This document shows, one piece after another, positions 60,476 through 64,000 of a stretch of DNA of 64,000 bases. Under the pieces are notes generated by a model. It was not told the origin of the DNA. It saw nothing but the letters and a program-made list of their open reading frames with translations, and did not search any database. This DNA comes from Anaerohalosphaeraceae bacterium (GTDB lineage: Bacteria > Planctomycetota > Phycisphaerae > Sedimentisphaerales > Anaerohalosphaeraceae). A program made the translations under genes and the position numbers. Numbering within the stretch: the stretch's first letter is position 1; every line of letters begins with the position of its first letter. The stretch is taken from the NCBI GenBank assembly GCA_963675525.2, contig CAXXSL010000001.1, positions 96,001 to 160,000 of the forward strand. The letters are read 5' to 3'.

Positions 60476-62077
60476 ATGAGGATACTGTTTTTTCCGGAAG
60501 AAGAAGACTTATTGCAGCAGGTTTGTCTGTCCCGGCCTTTCGGGGCGATGTTTATCAATCAGCTTAACCAAAAACTTTTTGTTGGCGGCAGAGATCTTCA
60601 TATTCTACTTCCTGAGCGATGGATGCGGGAAAATCCTCAACTCAAAACGCTCCACCCTTTAAGTTATCAGGAACCGTCTTGGAAAGTGCCCGATTCTTTT
60701 TACGGCTCAGTTCCTGATGAGATTTGTTTTTTGAATGGCCGATTCTTTTTCACAACAGATGAAGCCCACTTAAACGAAACGCTTAGAGGGTGCTCTTGGG
60801 ATATTGCATCAGTTCAGATATGTGCTGATTTGAAAAGCTCCAAAGAGATATTCAAGCTAACCCCTCAAAATCAGGTTGTAGGATTCCGCCGCTTTTACAG
60901 TTCTTCGATTGAGCCGATTGACGCGCCGGATTATTGGCCTCCCTTACTTATCTTGAAAAAAAGCGTTTTTCAAAAGCTTTGTATAAATGGCGGCTTCCCC
61001 ACCGATTTCCAAAGATTAAAACAGGAAATCAGCCGAATGCAATTGAATACCGTAAATTTGCGAGTGGGAGGGGAGATAACTTCTTTTGATGAGCAGTATG
61101 CGTTGTTAGACAGCATGGAAGGGTTTCAGGATAATATTCCGAATCGAAAACAAGCGGCTCTGGCAGCCTCAGGATGTAGAGTAATAGAGCCGGTTTTCAT
61201 TGGAAAGGATGTGATCATTGAATCGGGTACCCGGCTGATCGGCCCGGTGGTGTTATCTGACGGTGTTCATGTTAAGGCCGGATCGGTTGTTCGACGGTCG
61301 ATTCTCGGAGAAGGCATAACGGTTGAACAAAACGGGTTTGTTAATAATCAAGTGTGTTTGAATAGGACGCAAGCCGGATCACTGCTGCCGGCAAATAACA
61401 CGTTTGTACGCGTCGGAGAATTTTCTTTTCCAAAGTACGAATATCGAAGATGGCCGTTCTTTTCATATGCTCGGCTGGGCAAAAGGATTTTTGATATTAT
61501 CGCATCGCTATTGGTTCTGATTTTGCTGGTGCCGGTTTTTCCTTTGGTCATCGTGATGATTAAATTGACCTCACCCGGACCCATTTTTTATAAGGCTCGG
61601 CGTCAGGGGCTGTGGGGTAAAGAATTCGGCTGTATGAAATTTCGCACAATGGTTCAGCAGGCGGATGCAATGCAGGAACGACTTCGAGTTGTCAACCAGG
61701 TGGACGGTCCGCAGTTTAAAATTAAAAACGATCCTCGGATTTCAGGAGCCGGAAAATTTTTACGGGACACCTGTATTGACGAGCTTCCTCAGTTTATTAA
61801 TGTGCTCCTTGGACAAATGAGCATTGTGGGCCCCCGCCCTTCTCCGGAGAATGAAAATGATTCCTGTCCCACATGGCGGGATGCTCGACTGTCGGTCCGG
61901 CCGGGAATTACAGGACTTTGGCAGGTTTTACGGACTCGGCAGGCCGGGGAGGACTTTCAGGAATGGGTTTTTTATGACACCCAATATGTAAGAAATTTGT
62001 CATTTGGAAAAGATCTTTGGATTTGCGCAAAAACGGCCCACATGCTGATTAATACGTTTTTAAAGCAGTTTGGATAA
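60476..62077 (+). CDS. Priming (undecaprenyl-phosphate) sugar transferase with N-terminal degenerate nucleotidyltransferase/LbH module
   Basis: C-terminal KRIFDI..SPGPIFY..KFRTM..DPRI..DELPQFINVL.GQMSIVGPRP..RPGITGLWQV. N-terminal FLNGRF, VVGFRR and LbH (PVFIGKDVIIESGTRLIGPVVL). Confidence 0.85.
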   Translation: MRILFFPEEEDLLQQVCLSRPFGAMFINQLNQKLFVGGRDLHILLPERWMRENPQLKTLHPLSYQEPSWKVPDSFYGSVPDEICFLNGRFFFTTDEAHLNETLRGCSWDIASVQICADLKSSKEIFKLTPQNQVVGFRRFYSSSIEPIDAPDYWPPLLILKKSVFQKLCINGGFPTDFQRLKQEISRMQLNTVNLRVGGEITSFDEQYALLDSMEGFQDNIPNRKQAALAASGCRVIEPVFIGKDVIIESGTRLIGPVVLSDGVHVKAGSVVRRSILGEGITVEQNGFVNNQVCLNRTQAGSLLPANNTFVRVGEFSFPKYEYRRWPFFSYARLGKRIFDIIASLLVLILLVPVFPLVIVMIKLTSPGPIFYKARRQGLWGKEFGCMKFRTMVQQADAMQERLRVVNQVDGPQFKIKNDPRISGAGKFLRDTCIDELPQFINVLLGQMSIVGPRPSPENENDSCPTWRDARLSVRPGITGLWQVLRTRQAGEDFQEWVFYDTQYVRNLSFGKDLWICAKTAHMLINTFLKQFG

Positions 62078-62199
62078 ATCAGTGAGGAGATTCAAATTAT
62101 TTGGATATTGCTGTTTTTTCGGAATCTCTCAAAAATTTTCTTGTCAGTGATGTTTTTCAGTGCTAATCTGCTCGCAATCAAGCTCTTTTGAATAAAAAT

Positions 62200-62410
62200 A
62201 GATTGAGTTTCAGGTTCGGACGAAACACGATAGTTTCGGCCGAATAACGAAATGGGAACACGGTGAAAATCCGTGACGGTCGCGCCGCTGTGTGTGTCCA
62301 TTGTGTTGATGTTTTAGCACAAATCTTTCCGGCATTGTCCCACTGTCCGATTTAAGGATGGGAAGGGGCCGGCAAAGTAGGATACGAGTCAGAAAACCTG
62401 CCTGAGGTTC
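62200..62410 (+). ncRNA. Cobalamin riboswitch
   Basis: CAGGT...AATGGGAA-CACGGTGAAAATCCGTG-ACGGTCGCGCCGCTGT...CCACTG...GGGAAGG...B12-box GAGTCAGAAAACCTGCCTG. Confidence 0.92.
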
Positions 62411-62507
62411 AATATAGTTGTGATGCTCTCGCGATTGGAGTCATAGCGCAAGACCGAACTTCTCTGGTATCAGGGTTTCTTTCCGGGTTTGGTTTTTATG
62501 GATTTTT

Positions 62508-62545
62508 AAGCCGCTGTTTCTCGAATGAGAGCAGCGGCTTTTTTT
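62508..62545 (+). terminator. Intrinsic terminator of the riboswitch expression platform
   Basis: AAGCCGCTGTTTCTC-gaat-GAGAGCAGCGGCTT followed by TTTTT. Confidence 0.85.
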
Positions 62546-62776
62546 ATGTTATTTTTTTTAATCTGCGCAAGACAGATCAGAAAGGAGGCAGTTCAAAGAA
62601 AAACAAGAGATTTTTCCTCATTACGGGTTTGTATGTTATTTCCAATTCCAGTCCGGTGTAGGACTGGAAACCAAACCGGTAGATTGTCGCGGCAGGCAAG
62701 GGTCTGCCGCCAGCCGCGGCGTTCTGCCAAAACGAGAAATTGAATAATTTTGAAGTTGAAGGCTTCGGAGAGCAAG

Positions 62777-63745
62777 ATGATGAAAAATGTTGTTACTGTA
62801 TTAGTCATGATTTTTGTGATAACAAGTGTGGCAAACGCGGCAAATTCGGCAAGCATTGTTTCCGGTTCACTGGTACAGGGGGATGTGGCCGCCGCAATGG
62901 AAAAAGGCAACGCCGCGTACCAGGGCGGTTATGGCGAGGAGACAAGTAATTTGAGCGATTGGAATTTTGATACGGGTGAATTTCCCTGGAGTCCCGGCAC
63001 CTATGGGGCGATCTCCACAACAAATAGCAATTTGAACGCTTATAGCGACGGTTGGGGCAGCTACGGAACAGCCACTGATACTGTCATTGGATTTGGCAAT
63101 GGCGGTTCCGTGACGCTTCAACTTGACAATGTAATATATGGTGTTGACGGCGAAAAAGAGTTCGGTTTGTTCACCGCCCAAATGCTGGACGCCTACGGTT
63201 CGGCTGGTAGTTTCTGGAACGGCAATATGGAAGCAGCTATTCTGGTCAGCCAAAACGGATCTGATTGGGTAACGTTGGACGGGACAAATGTTGCTCAGGA
63301 TTACACAGCCAGCAGCCATTATCTCAATACGCCGACCGTGGGATACAACTACGAGACCCTTGCAACAGCATGGGCTTACGGCACGGGCGCGACAATGGCA
63401 CAACTGAATGCGTTATCCGTTGCGGATTACACAACTCCAATGATTGATGACGATCTTTTTAATGGCAGCGGTGATAATGATGCTCGAGCCGCAATGGCTT
63501 TGGATTCGACGACAGCCGGTTATGATTCCGTTTTCGGCACCTCCGGCGGCGGGAACTGGTTTGATATTTCCTTCTGCGGTCTTGGCAGTGTTGAATATAT
63601 TCAATTAAATGGTATTAATTGTACTCCCGGTAAGGGAATCCGCCTTGATGCTGTTTTTACCACAGATGCTGCAGTGGTTCCTGAACCGGCGACAATGTTC
63701 CTGCTTGGATTGGGAAGTTTACTCGTTAGAACAAGAAGAAAATAA
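62777..63745 (+). CDS. B12-riboswitch-controlled PEP-CTERM cell-surface protein
   Basis: GGAG RBS, signal peptide ending ANA, C-terminal VPEPATMFLLGLGSLLVRTRRK. Confidence 0.88.
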   Translation: MMKNVVTVLVMIFVITSVANAANSASIVSGSLVQGDVAAAMEKGNAAYQGGYGEETSNLSDWNFDTGEFPWSPGTYGAISTTNSNLNAYSDGWGSYGTATDTVIGFGNGGSVTLQLDNVIYGVDGEKEFGLFTAQMLDAYGSAGSFWNGNMEAAILVSQNGSDWVTLDGTNVAQDYTASSHYLNTPTVGYNYETLATAWAYGTGATMAQLNALSVADYTTPMIDDDLFNGSGDNDARAAMALDSTTAGYDSVFGTSGGGNWFDISFCGLGSVEYIQLNGINCTPGKGIRLDAVFTTDAAVVPEPATMFLLGLGSLLVRTRRK

Positions 63746-63761
63746 GGATACAAAAAACAGT

Positions 63762-63798
63762 GAACAGAGGCTGCTTTCTAAGCTGCCTCTGTTCTTTT
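63762..63798 (+). terminator. Hairpin/terminator after the PEP-CTERM gene
   Basis: GAACAGAGGC-TGC-TTTCTAA-GCT-GCCTCTGTTC followed by TTTT. Confidence 0.65.
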
Positions 63799-63819
63799 AG
63801 TTTTTGTTAGGTTGCGATA

Positions 63820-64000
63820 ATGTTTATGAAGTCGGCATTCTGGTTGCTGTTTCAGGTTTTAATTCTTGGCTCGTCTCTTTTTGCTGATCCGGGCGATTGG
63901 ACCCACTACGGGCACACGTCCAACCGAATTTCAATCGCGGTTGACGGTCCTGATACAATTGACCCTTCGACATTAGAGTGGCTTGCCTGGGAGGATCTTT
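63820..64000 (+). CDS. Secreted protein, possibly PQQ-like beta-propeller (partial; runs off window end)
   Basis: MFMKSAFWLLFQVLILGSSLFA-DPGDWTHYGHTSNRISIAVDGP...LEW: signal peptide plus a W..YG....R start typical of PQQ/BamB-like proteins. Confidence 0.5.
   Translation, partial: MFMKSAFWLLFQVLILGSSLFADPGDWTHYGHTSNRISIAVDGPDTIDPSTLEWLAWEDL

Noticed and set aside
62525..62743. 72-aa ORF after the riboswitch
   Set aside because: It starts inside the terminator hairpin, has no RBS, and has no recognisable features.

Overview
A bacterial chromosomal segment. The gene repertoire suggests Planctomycetota, probably Phycisphaerae (long PilM operon, PEP-CTERM proteins, dockerin-like EF-hand repeats, DUF362); this is inference, not a database result. 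1-25 kb is mostly GC-rich housekeeping and metabolic DNA: partial mtaB, a pilM operon, a GH2 beta-mannosidase, a SirC-like gene, an APC permease with USP domains, a fumarate/tartrate hydro-lyase beta subunit, a YchF-family gene, tRNA-Lys, and a GT4/GH130 pair split by a REP-flanked RAYT transposase. A repeat-dense, integrase-free island at about 9.65-13.9 kb contains a strictly 10/11-bp phased array, a ~300-bp direct repeat placed before AT-rich orphan genes, and a broken cyclase-like gene. 24-62 kb is a large exopolysaccharide and protein-sorting locus. It holds an ACP-AsnB-AMP ligase-NadE module, EpsI, three secreted Ig/beta-helix/LamG proteins, 3-amino-sugar synthesis genes, Wzx/Wzy, a NodZ-like and other glycosyltransferases, and Wzc. 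Most strikingly, an exosortase and a priming glycosyltransferase each carry an N-terminal degenerate nucleotidyltransferase plus left-handed beta-helix module. The window ends with a cobalamin riboswitch ahead of a PEP-CTERM surface protein. Several genes contain single-base frameshifts that could be assembly errors.
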